Source of the DNA: an uncultured Acidobacteriota bacterium
GTDB taxonomy: Bacteria; Acidobacteriota; Thermoanaerobaculia; Multivoradales; UBA5704
NCBI GenBank assembly: GCA_963700145.1
Contig: OY969474.1
Location: forward strand, 1,312,001 to 1,376,000
Length of the DNA: 64,000 bases
Direction of reading: 5' to 3'
Shown: in pieces, positions 48,049-56,290 of the stretch
Layout of the letters: every line of letters starts with the position of its first letter
Position numbering within the stretch: position 1 is the stretch's first letter
Program-made: the position numbers and the translations under genes
Notes under the pieces: generated by a model
What the model saw: the letters and a program-made list of their open reading frames with translations, nothing else
What the model was told of the DNA's origin: nothing
The model's database searches: none

Positions 48049-49335
48049 GTCCGCAAGCTCACCAAGCAGGAGCAGGCCGAGGCGCTGCGCCAGCAGGTGG
48101 ACAGCGTCGGGCAGCGCGGCAAGCCCGGCGAGCGCATCCAGAACGTGATCTCGGTCGGCATGCTCTCCGAAGGGTGGGACGCCAAGACGGTGACGCACAT
48201 CATGGGGCTGCGCGCCTTTACCAGCCAGCTCCTCTGCGAGCAGGTCGTGGGGCGCGGGCTGCGGCGCACGAGCTACGAGGTCGATCCCGAGAGCGGCTTC
48301 TTCCGCCCCGAGTTCGTCAACATCTTCGGCGTGCCGTTCACCTTCCTGCCGCACGAGGCGACCGAGGGAACGCCGCCCCCGCCGCCCAAGCCGCGCACGC
48401 GCATCGAGCCGGTGCCGGAGAAGGTGGAGCTCGCGATCGAGTGGCCGAACGTGGTGCGGATCGATCAGGTCTACGGCACGCGCCTCACGCTCGACTTGGC
48501 GGCGGTGCCGCCGCTCCACCTCGCGGCGCACGAGACGATCCAGCTCGCCGAGATCGCGCCCACCGTGGACGGCAAGCCCGATCCGACCCGCATCGCGCAG
48601 ATCGCGCTCGAAGAGCTCGGCCGCCGCAACCGCATGCAGACGATCGCCTTCAAGACCGCCGCCGAGGTCTTCGACCAGGTCAAGCCCGGCTGGCCCGGCA
48701 GCCGCGAGGCGCTGCTCGGCCAGCTCGTGCGGATCGTCGAGCGGTTCCTGGCCTCCGACCGCATCGCCATCACGCCGCGCGCCTACGACGAAGAGCCACT
48801 GCGGCGGCGCATCCTCCTGACCCTCAACATGAGCCGCATCGTCCAGCACCTCTTCGACGCCATCCGCCTCGAGAACACGACAGAGCGCAAGCTCGTCCTC
48901 GACCGCGAGCGCCCCCTCCGCTCCACCGGCGACATGCTCCCCTGGTACACCTCGAAGCCCAACGCCCCGACCGACCGCTCGCATATCAACTTCTGCGTCT
49001 TCGACAGCGGCTGGGAATCGAGCGAGGCCTTCGCCCTGGACCACCACCCCCAAGTCGCCGCCTGGGCCAAGAACGAGCACTTAGGCTTCGAGGTCCACTA
49101 CCTCTTCGAAGGCGGCGTCCACAAGTACCGCCCTGATTTTCTGGTGCGGCTGAAGAACGGCGTGGTGCTGGTCCTAGAGACGAAGGGCCAGGAGACGGCG
49201 CAGGACAGGACCAAGCGCGACTTCCTCGCCGAGTGGGTAGAAGCCGTCAACGAGCACGGCGGGTTCGGGCGGTGGGCCTGTGACGTGTCGCGGTCGCCGT
49301 CGGACGTGGCGGACGTGCTGGCGCGGCATAGTTGA
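48049..49335 (+). pseudogene. res: C-terminal half of type III restriction endonuclease (Res)
   Basis: SVGMLSEGWD and EQVVGRGLRR helicase motifs V/VI; YRPDFLV..LETKG nuclease; Walker A/DExH missing. Confidence 0.85.
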
Positions 49336-49364
49336 CGGAAGACGCGACTATTGTCGTTCTATGC

Positions 49365-50399
49365 CTAGCTAGGTGTGGCCGCCGGTGCTTGGCGCGCGCG
49401 CGTGGCTCGGGGACGGCGCTGGACTTTCCGCTTCGACTGTACCTCGTAGCGTTCTCTTGTAATCGGTGATCTCAGATGATCGTCATTAATGAGCTTGAGA
49501 ATACCCCACGTCTTGCTTTCGTTGAAGATGATTCTACGCGAGCTCCGATCGAGCTCTACATCCACCTCCCAGTTATCCGCCACTTGGTAAAGCTTGTCGA
49601 ATGTAATCTGATCTAGCCTTACATTCTGATGAATGTCCGCCAGCTTCTTCTGTTTTCTCTCATCGTTCTGGCAAGCCGCCTCGAAGCCCTTCACGTTATC
49701 GATCAAATTCAGCGTGGCGATTTCCTGAATAGCCTCCTTAGCCAGGGGTGCATAGATCGTCCCCACTAGCTCGAACATCTGCTCGAAGAGCGTCTCTTGT
49801 AGTATGACGACTTCGTCTTCGACGACGATGGCATCAGCCTGCTCATCAAAGTTAAAGACGGGATCCCCAATTCGGGTAAAAGTGCCTTCGTGGAGTAGGG
49901 CCTTGAGCCCTCCACCGCGAATCACCTTGGATGGTTGGAACTTCCTAAAGTATGCAACCTGCAAGTTTGGGATGTGGAGAACGACGGCGTAAGCCCAGAC
50001 AGAGTTGAAGAAGCTATCATCCGGTGTCGCGTACTCAACCTGCGCGGGCTTCTCCATCTGTTTGAGGAGGTCGCTTAGCACCGGAACTTTCCTTACGGCT
50101 TCGGTTTGCATCCGAGGTTTATCGCCGACTGAGTAAGGATCGAACTTCACAAACACGAGGTCGTCGGTCGTGGCGAGTTTGTCAATATGAGCCAGTAAAA
50201 CGCCACGGAACTCCTTGGCAATGTCCTTGTCCATCCTTGCTCGTTGAAGCTCGAAATGAGAGCGCGCTTGCTTCGGCTTGTCTTCGGTCGATGGTCTATG
50301 CTCGGCTTTTGGCGTGCGTAGAATGAAGAAGAGGCTTGTCGCTGCCCTCGCGGAGCGCGCAGTCTGAACAAGAGACTTAAGATCACCGTGGTTGACCAT
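49365..50399 (-). CDS. kwaB: Kiwa anti-phage protein KwaB-like (DUF4868)
   Basis: YFRKFQPSKVI..FNFDEQADAI..FEQMF and ILKLINDDHLRSPIT pattern; lower GC; overlaps upstream TM gene. Confidence 0.78.
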   Translation of the reverse strand: MVNHGDLKSLVQTARSARAATSLFFILRTPKAEHRPSTEDKPKQARSHFELQRARMDKDIAKEFRGVLLAHIDKLATTDDLVFVKFDPYSVGDKPRMQTEAVRKVPVLSDLLKQMEKPAQVEYATPDDSFFNSVWAYAVVLHIPNLQVAYFRKFQPSKVIRGGGLKALLHEGTFTRIGDPVFNFDEQADAIVVEDEVVILQETLFEQMFELVGTIYAPLAKEAIQEIATLNLIDNVKGFEAACQNDERKQKKLADIHQNVRLDQITFDKLYQVADNWEVDVELDRSSRRIIFNESKTWGILKLINDDHLRSPITRERYEVQSKRKVQRRPRATRARQAPAATPS

Positions 50400-50961
50400 C
50401 CTTGACCTCCAAGTAAATGTCGTCGGTTACCTGCACGACCGGCATCTGGTGCTCGATCTTTCTTCGATCTCGTTTGGTGATGAGGAAGAATGACTCCTTG
50501 CCGTTAGAGGCGAGTTCATACAATCGGTATCCGAAGAGGCTGAGCATCGGGTTTGTGGCAAGCAAGGTCGAGTGTACGTAGATCACTCCGATGACCACGA
50601 GGAGAATAAGCAGGGGTAGTAGATCCCTTTGCAGGTCGAACTCCAGGAAAGGAATGATGTAAGTGACGATGTAGTTGAGCGACTCGCCGGCTTTCGGCGT
50701 CTTGGTCGTGAATGCGGGTAGCGGCTCTGGCGCGAGGAAGAGCCCTCGTAGAAAAAGAGCGAGGGCGAGGTTCGAAATGAGCAGCAGTGCCACCATCGCC
50801 CAGGAGAACCAAGGCATTCCGAAGAGGGTCCAAAGCGCGTGGAGTGCCGAGGGGCTGCTCTGTGGCGGCCACTTCCCAAGCTGCAGGTCCCGAATCAACA
50901 GGATGAGGAAGAAGGGTGTATAGGCATTAGCGAAAAGCGCCCACTTCACCCAAACTCTCAT
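50383..50961 (-). CDS. kwaA: Kiwa anti-phage membrane protein KwaA-like
   Basis: Four TM segments; ESLNYIVTYIIPF and NPMLSLFGYRLYE motifs. Confidence 0.78.
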   Translation of the reverse strand: MRVWVKWALFANAYTPFFLILLIRDLQLGKWPPQSSPSALHALWTLFGMPWFSWAMVALLLISNLALALFLRGLFLAPEPLPAFTTKTPKAGESLNYIVTYIIPFLEFDLQRDLLPLLILLVVIGVIYVHSTLLATNPMLSLFGYRLYELASNGKESFFLITKRDRRKIEHQMPVVQVTDDIYLEVKDGQPR

Positions 50962-50987
50962 GGCGAATCTCCGATGGCTAGCCATTC

Positions 50988-51016
50988 AGCATACACCAAA
51001 GAATGGTGACTTGCAG
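50988..51016 (-). promoter_or_regulatory. Putative sigma70 promoter of kwaAB
   Basis: CTGCAA-17 bp-TATGCT on minus strand. Confidence 0.45.
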
Positions 51017-51035
51017 CTTGGGGCGCCCCCAAGCT
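51015..51035. terminator. Hairpin between fic and kwaA
   Basis: AGCTTGGGG-CGC-CCCCAAGCT perfect 9-bp stem; no clear U-tract. Confidence 0.4.
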
Positions 51036-51052
51036 CAAGCAATTGATCTGCA

Positions 51053-51688
51053 CTAGGCAGCGAGGTGCCGGTCGAGCATGTCGGCGAACACCGCAACCAT
51101 CGCCTGGTGCTCGCCTCGCATCGACAGCGCGGCGGCCGTGGCGTAGAGGCTCCCCTCCGGCCTGGGCTTGAGTCTCACGAACGGCGGGAGACCGTAGCGC
51201 AACGCGCACCAGTTCGCCCACAGCCGGGCGGTGCGCCCGTTGCCGTTGGCGAACGGGTGGATGCGGACCCATTCACCGTGGGCATAGGCACAGAGGGTGA
51301 GCACGGCGCGAAGTTGCATCGCATCGGCCGGACGGCGGTTCACCGGGATCACGGGGTCGAGCGCGGCGACTGCCTTCTCCATGGCAGCCTCGAAACTCGC
51401 GAGGAGTTGCGGTACTCGGCGCGACTCCGAACCGCGCTGGCGGCCGACCCTCACCTCGTAGCCGAACAGCTCCGGAAACCTGGGATCGCGGTCGCGCACC
51501 TCGCCCGCGTAGTAGCGAACAGGCAGTCGCACGCCGTCGTAGATCCGGCGGTGCCACTCCTGCGCCATCGCCACGGCCGGCGGCGGACGGCGGGCGGCTT
51601 GCTGCGCGATCTCTCGAAGGACGTGAGTGAGGTTCTGAACGATGACGGGCGCGTCGCGCGGGTCATCCTCGTTCCACGGAATCGCCAA
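51053..51688 (-). CDS. Fic family protein
   Basis: HPFANGNGRTAR intact Fic motif. Confidence 0.9.
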   Translation of the reverse strand: MAIPWNEDDPRDAPVIVQNLTHVLREIAQQAARRPPPAVAMAQEWHRRIYDGVRLPVRYYAGEVRDRDPRFPELFGYEVRVGRQRGSESRRVPQLLASFEAAMEKAVAALDPVIPVNRRPADAMQLRAVLTLCAYAHGEWVRIHPFANGNGRTARLWANWCALRYGLPPFVRLKPRPEGSLYATAAALSMRGEHQAMVAVFADMLDRHLAA

Positions 51689-51995
51689 ACAGGGCTCCGA
51701 TGCCGTAGTCGTCCGGCGACTCCACGAGGCGGGCCTTGAGGGGGTCTTCGACCTCTACCTCGCTCTTGGCGAACTCCCGGATGTCGCGGTCGAGGTCCGC
51801 CGGTCCATAGGACTTCAGGCCCTCGAGGGCGCGAGCGAGCCGGCCTTCGACACCGGCGCCGACCGCCGCGAGCTCGCGCTCGATGGCCGCTTCGGCCAGC
51901 TCGTCGACCGAGACTCCGAGCGCCTCCGCCAGCCGCTCGAGGTTGCGAAGCGTCTCCTGATTGTGGAAATGAAGCGTCAGCGCCGCATCGCTCAT
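51663..51995 (-). CDS. Small RHH/CopG-like protein, putative antitoxin of Fic
   Basis: LTLHF..LERLAEALGVSVDELAEAAIEREL; overlaps fic start. Confidence 0.6.
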   Translation of the reverse strand: MSDAALTLHFHNQETLRNLERLAEALGVSVDELAEAAIERELAAVGAGVEGRLARALEGLKSYGPADLDRDIREFAKSEVEVEDPLKARLVESPDDYGIGALFGDSVERG

Positions 51996-52009
51996 GGCAT
52001 GAGCTTACA

Positions 52010-52027
52010 TGGTGCCCAGGGCCGGAA
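52010..52027 (-). repeat. att-like 18-bp duplication of tRNA-Phe 3' end
   Basis: tggtgcccagggccggaa identical to 52385-52402. Confidence 0.9.
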
Positions 52028-52081
52028 ACGGGCATGGCTCAACATATGACCGAGCCGGACGCGGTCGTCACGCCGCGACAT
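52028..52081 (-). pseudogene. N-terminal stub of HEPN/DUF86 (HepT-like) toxin
   Basis: ATG overlapping MNT end reads MSRRDDRVRLGHMLSHAR, then runs into the att copy and stops at 51992. Confidence 0.65.
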
Positions 52082-52370
52082 AAAGGTCTTCGGCCTCCGC
52101 CAGCACTTCCTGGCGAAACGCCGAGCTGAGGAAGGCGGGAGTATTGAGGTCGACTCGCCGGCCGAGCAACGCGGTCAGCTCCTCTTCGATGGTGAAGAAC
52201 CGCAGGCCCACACGCGCTCCCGGTTCGAACTCGACGAGCACGTCGACGTCGCTCTGCGGACCGAAATCGTCGCGTAGCACCGAGCCGAACAGAGCGAGCC
52301 GCCGGATGCCGTGACGGCGACAGAACGCCGAGAGGTCCTGTCGCCGGATTTCGTTTCGGATCTCGTCCAT
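52068..52370 (-). CDS. MNT-family minimal nucleotidyltransferase antitoxin
   Basis: LALFGSVLRDDFGPQSDVDVLVEF..LLGRRVDL. Confidence 0.9.
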   Translation of the reverse strand: MDEIRNEIRRQDLSAFCRRHGIRRLALFGSVLRDDFGPQSDVDVLVEFEPGARVGLRFFTIEEELTALLGRRVDLNTPAFLSSAFRQEVLAEAEDLYVAA

Positions 52371-52384
52371 GGCAGCGCTCTGAG

Positions 52385-52460
52385 TGGTGCCCAGGGCCGG
52401 AATCGAACCAGCGACACCGTGATTTTCAGTCACGTGCTCTACCAACTGAGCTACCTGGGC
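52385..52460 (-). tRNA. tRNA-Phe(GAA)
   Basis: GCCCAGGTAGCTCAGTTGGTAGAGCACGTGACTGAAAATCACGGTGTCGCTGGTTCGATTCCGGCCCTGGGCACCA; 76 nt, encoded CCA. Confidence 0.97.
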
Positions 52461-52605
52461 ACGGTGGGCAGTCTTGGGGGCCGTGGCGGCCCCGCGCGGA
52501 CGGGGGAGTTTGGCACCCGGGGGTGCGGCTAGTCAAGGAAACGGCCGGCGCGGCGGCGGTGTTCCCGGGTGGACAGCGGGTGCCGGAGGGGTTCATACTC
52601 CGCAG

Positions 52606-53040
52606 ATGCCCCAGCTCGACAGCAAGGCCCTACGACTGTTGCTCCGCGAGGCGGTGGAGGCCTTGCTGCGCGACGGCTGGAGCAAGCGCGCGCTGGGGCG
52701 ACGGCTCGGCGTCGGCAACGGCAACCTCGGCAAGCTGCTCAGCGGCGAGAGCCGGCTGACGGTCGATCACTTGATGGCCTTCGCCGAGGTGCTGGACGTG
52801 CCGGTGTCGCAGCTCCTGTCGCTCGCCTTCCCGGAGCAGGAAGCCGCCGCGGGGCGGAGCTTGAGCGACTGGATCGCCCGCCGCGGTCCAGCGGAGCGCG
52901 AGGCGGCCCTCGCCGGCCTGCCGCGGACGCGCGCCGAGCTCGAGGAGGTGGTGCGCCGGGCGTTTTGCGCCGAGCTGGACCGGCGCGGGCTGACGGCGCC
53001 GCCCGCCGGCCCGAACGGCGGCGCTCCGACAGCGCCGTAA
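52606..53040 (+). CDS. XRE-family HTH protein
   Basis: GWSKRALGRRLGVGNGNLGKLLSGESRLTVDHLMAFAEVLDV. Confidence 0.8.
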   Translation: MPQLDSKALRLLLREAVEALLRDGWSKRALGRRLGVGNGNLGKLLSGESRLTVDHLMAFAEVLDVPVSQLLSLAFPEQEAAAGRSLSDWIARRGPAEREAALAGLPRTRAELEEVVRRAFCAELDRRGLTAPPAGPNGGAPTAP

Positions 53041-53058
53041 GCGGCGATTCGGGCCCCG

Positions 53059-53422
53059 CGGTCCCCGTTTTACGCGGTTCGGCGGCCCGATGGGGCCCTC
53101 CGGTCCTCTACCTACGCAATTCGCCGGCTCATTGAGCGGTCGCGGTCCTCAACCTACGCGGTTTGCCGGGCCGTTGGCCTGGGTTTTCTGCCGAAATGGC
53201 AGCTCCGGTCCTCGTTTTACGCGGTTGGTCGGGCAAACCGGCTGGGTCCTGTCCTCGGTTTACGCAGTTCGTCCGCCGACCCAGCCCATTCGGTCCTCAA
53301 CCTACGCAATCGGCCGGCCGCCGAGGGCTCCGCGGTCCCCAACTTACGCAGTCGGCCGGCCGACCCGGCCCAACGGCCCGTCGCGAGCGCCCGTCCGGTC
53401 CTCAACCTACGCAGTCGGCCGG
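53059..53422. repeat. Interspaced array: 8 copies of ~21-bp CGGTCCTCAACCTACGCAGTY
   Basis: Starts 53059, 53101, 53143, 53206, 53249, 53291, 53333, 53396 (spacing 42, 42, 63, 43, 42, 42, 63). Confidence 0.88.
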
Positions 53423-53459
53423 CCCCTAACTAGGCTCGCGTGCTACACTTTTCCGCATT

Positions 53460-54341
53460 ATGCCCGCACGCGCGATCGGCTCCGGCACGATCTCCTTCGG
53501 CCTCGTGGCCATCCCGGTGAAGCTCTACTCCACCGGCGAGCCGCAGAGCGCCGTCTCCTTCAACATGGTGCACCGCTCCTGCGGCACGCGCCTCAAGTAC
53601 CGCTACTGGTGCCCCACCGACGAGGTCTTCGTCGAGCGCGACGAGATGGCCAAAGGGTACGAGTTCGCCAAGGGGCAGTATGTCCTCTTCAACGAGGAGG
53701 AGCTCAAGGCGCTCGAGCCGGAGGCCACCAACGCGATCGAGATCGCCGAGTTCGTGCCGCTGGCCGCGGTCGATCCGATCTACTTCGAGAAGTCCTATTA
53801 CCTGGGGCCCGACAAGGGTGGGCCGAAGCCCTACCGCCTGCTGGCGCTGGCGATGAAGGAGTCGGGCTACGCGGCGCTCGCCACCTACCTCGCGCGCGGC
53901 CGCAGCTACCTCGTGCTGCTGCGCCCGTTCGAGAACGGCCTCGTCATGCAGCAGCTCCGCTACGCCGACGAGCTGCGCAGCTTCGACGAGGTGCCGGTGG
54001 GCGACGCCGACGTCAAGCCGAACGAGCTCGAGCTGGCGCTGCGGCTGGTCGACCAGATCGCCGCCGAGCGCTTCGACCCGAAGCCCTACAAGGACGTGCT
54101 GCGCGACCGGATCGTGGCACTGATCGAGAAGAAGGTCGCCGGCGAGCAGATCGTGGCGCCCCCCGAGGAGGCGCCGAAGGCGCAGGTCATCGACCTCATG
54201 GCGGCGCTCAAGGCGAGCCTCGGCGAGGCGGGCGTCAAGAAGCCGGCCCGCCGGGCGCCGCGCGAAGAGGCGGCCCCGGCGAAGTCGGCGAAGATCGCCG
54301 CGGCTGCGAAGGGCAAGGCCCGCGCCGGCGGCAAGCGCTAG
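53460..54341 (+). CDS. ku: Non-homologous end-joining protein Ku
   Basis: GTISFGLVAIPVKLY, KGYE, DPIYFEKSYYLGP and VIDLMAALKASL; basic tail. Confidence 0.95.
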   Translation: MPARAIGSGTISFGLVAIPVKLYSTGEPQSAVSFNMVHRSCGTRLKYRYWCPTDEVFVERDEMAKGYEFAKGQYVLFNEEELKALEPEATNAIEIAEFVPLAAVDPIYFEKSYYLGPDKGGPKPYRLLALAMKESGYAALATYLARGRSYLVLLRPFENGLVMQQLRYADELRSFDEVPVGDADVKPNELELALRLVDQIAAERFDPKPYKDVLRDRIVALIEKKVAGEQIVAPPEEAPKAQVIDLMAALKASLGEAGVKKPARRAPREEAAPAKSAKIAAAAKGKARAGGKR

Positions 54342-54350
54342 CGGCTGGAG

Positions 54351-54513
54351 TGTCATCCTGAGCGCAGCGAACCCGCAGTCCAGATCAATTGCCGGCTCCG
54401 GCCGGCAACCATACGGGTAGCGGAGCCCATCGTGGGGCTCCGCAACGATCTGGGCGGGGGTGAAGGCACCGAGCGTCCCGGCCCCCAGATCCTTCGCTAC
54501 GCTCAGGATGACA
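54351..54513. repeat. TGTCATCC-type palindromic repeat, copy 3, with ~75-bp internal insertion
   Basis: tgtcatcctgagcgcagcgaa[insert]gatctggg..cccagatccttcgctacgctcaggatgaca. Confidence 0.82.
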
Positions 54514-54545
54514 GGCTAGGGCTCGAGACGCCGGACCTCGACGCC

Positions 54546-55391
54546 ATGCTCTCCTCGCCCCTCCCCGGCTACACCACCCACGACGTGGCGCGCCTGCTCG
54601 GCGTCGCCGAGGAGCGGGTGCGCTCGTTCGTCCGCGCCGGGTTCCTGGCGCCGCGGCGCGGGGCGCGTGGCGCTTACCTCTTCTCCTTCCAGGACCTGGT
54701 CGTCCTGCGGGCGGCGCAGGGCCTCCTCGCCTCGGGCGTCGCGCCGCGGCGCGTGCGCCGGGCGCTGGCGCGCCTTCACGAGCAGCTGCCGCGCGGCCGC
54801 TCGCTCGCCACCGTGCGCATCGCCGCCGAGGGCGGGTCGATTGTGGTGCGCGCCGGCGGCGAGGCCTGGCTCGCCGAGTCGGGCCAGCAGGTGCTGGACT
54901 TCGAGGTGGCGCCGCTCGCCGCGGCCGCCGCGCCCTTCACCGAGCGCGCCTACGCCGAGGCGCGCGACCGCGAGGACCTCGAGGCCGACGACTGGTACGA
55001 GCTGGCCTGCGAGCTGGAGGCGACGGCGCCGGCCGCGGCCCAGGAGGCCTACGGCAAGGCGCTGGCGCTCGATCCCGAGCACCCGGACGCGCACTTGAAC
55101 CTCGGCCGGCTCCTGCACGAGGACGGCGACGCCGCCCGCGCCGCCGCGCACTACCGCCGCGCCCTCGTCGCCCGCCCCGGCGACGTCACCGCCAGCTTCA
55201 ACTTGGGCGTCGCCCTCCAGGACCTCGACCGCCCGCGCGAGGCGATCGCCGCCTACCTCGAAGCCCTCGCCGCCGACCCCGCCTGCGCCGACGCGCACTA
55301 CAACTTGGCGGGGCTCTACGAAGAGCTGGGCGAAGGGGCGGAGACGATCCGCCACCTGGCGGCCTACAAGAAGCTGCTCGAGCGGGAGTAG
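54546..55391 (+). CDS. MerR-like HTH + TPR protein
   Basis: YTTHDVARLLGV..FSFQDLVVLR; TPRs AHLNLG, ASFNLG, AHYNLA. Confidence 0.85.
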   Translation: MLSSPLPGYTTHDVARLLGVAEERVRSFVRAGFLAPRRGARGAYLFSFQDLVVLRAAQGLLASGVAPRRVRRALARLHEQLPRGRSLATVRIAAEGGSIVVRAGGEAWLAESGQQVLDFEVAPLAAAAAPFTERAYAEARDREDLEADDWYELACELEATAPAAAQEAYGKALALDPEHPDAHLNLGRLLHEDGDAARAAAHYRRALVARPGDVTASFNLGVALQDLDRPREAIAAYLEALAADPACADAHYNLAGLYEELGEGAETIRHLAAYKKLLERE

Positions 55392-55463
55392 CGGAGCGGC
55401 GCGAAAGCGCGGACGGCGGCGTGGGGAGGAGAACCGCCGCCGCCCGCTGGGATGGGCTGGCGG

Positions 55464-56222
55464 CTAGCCGGCGGGGCCGACGACCCGGATCGTGTCCTTC
55501 AGCACCTTGTCGACGTCCGGCGCGTCCGCGACCTCGACCGTCAGCTCGATGATGATCTCGTGCACCTCGCCGGGAGTCGGCGTGTCGAGGGTCTCGAAGG
55601 CGTCGTCCTTGGCGAAGAAGGCGCGGATGTGGTTGCCGACCCGCTGCACGCGCAGCGGTTCGAGGTCCTCGGCGTCGGCGTCGGTGCCGACGAGGACGAT
55701 CGAGTCGAGGTCCACGTCGCCCAAGTTGCTGCCGCGGATCAGCGCCGTGACCGTGCCGTTGCTGCGCACCCAGTTGGTGTTCCAGACGTCGGGCTGGATC
55801 TCGACGCGGAGGTCGCCGCCGGGACGCCCCGGCTTCGCCGGTTTCTCCGGCTTGGCCGGCTTCTCCGGCTTCGGCTTGGCGCCGCCCTTCCCCTTGCCGT
55901 TGCCGCCGCGCGCGGCCTCGGGGACGCCGACGACCGGCGACGCGGGAGCGGCGGCCACACGGACCGCCGGGGCGCCGGCCGCCGCGCGGCGCGGCGCCTC
56001 GCCGCCCATCGCCTCCTGACGGAGCGCGCGCGCGCCGCCGCGCGCCGCGGTCCTGTTCTCCGCGATCACGACCGGCGCGGCCGCCGCGGTCGCCGGCGCG
56101 GCGCTCACCGCCGGGGCGGGCTCGGTGGGGCTGCTGCCGTCGCTGCAAGCCACGAGGCCGGCCGGAACGGCCAGCGCGAGAACGAGGAGGGGAAGGTTGC
56201 GGACGAGTCTGAGTGCGCGCAC
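55464..56222 (-). CDS. Hypothetical lipoprotein
   Basis: Lipobox LVAC; Ala/Pro/Lys linker; beta-rich C-domain; AAGGAG RBS. Confidence 0.7.
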   Translation of the reverse strand: MRALRLVRNLPLLVLALAVPAGLVACSDGSSPTEPAPAVSAAPATAAAAPVVIAENRTAARGGARALRQEAMGGEAPRRAAAGAPAVRVAAAPASPVVGVPEAARGGNGKGKGGAKPKPEKPAKPEKPAKPGRPGGDLRVEIQPDVWNTNWVRSNGTVTALIRGSNLGDVDLDSIVLVGTDADAEDLEPLRVQRVGNHIRAFFAKDDAFETLDTPTPGEVHEIIIELTVEVADAPDVDKVLKDTIRVVGPAG

Positions 56223-56290
56223 GGTGATCTCCTTCAGGGCAGAGGTTCCTACTCCGCTAGCGAGGCTAGCGCCGCGGACTGACCGCCGCA

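Noticed and set aside
52068-52445. 125-aa MNT ORF starting inside the tRNA
   Set aside because: The extension is tRNA sequence; ATG 52370 gives a typical ~100-aa MNT.
52510-52526. sigma54 promoter TTGGCACCCGGGGGTGC upstream of the XRE gene
   Set aside because: GG to GC spacing is 11 rather than the required 10.
53059-53422. CRISPR or TIGR array call
   Set aside because: Repeats are ~21 bp and degenerate, and spacers are 21/42 nt with similar GC-rich starts. There is no cas or Nop-domain gene and no 36-nt two-spacer layout. Kept only as an unexplained array.
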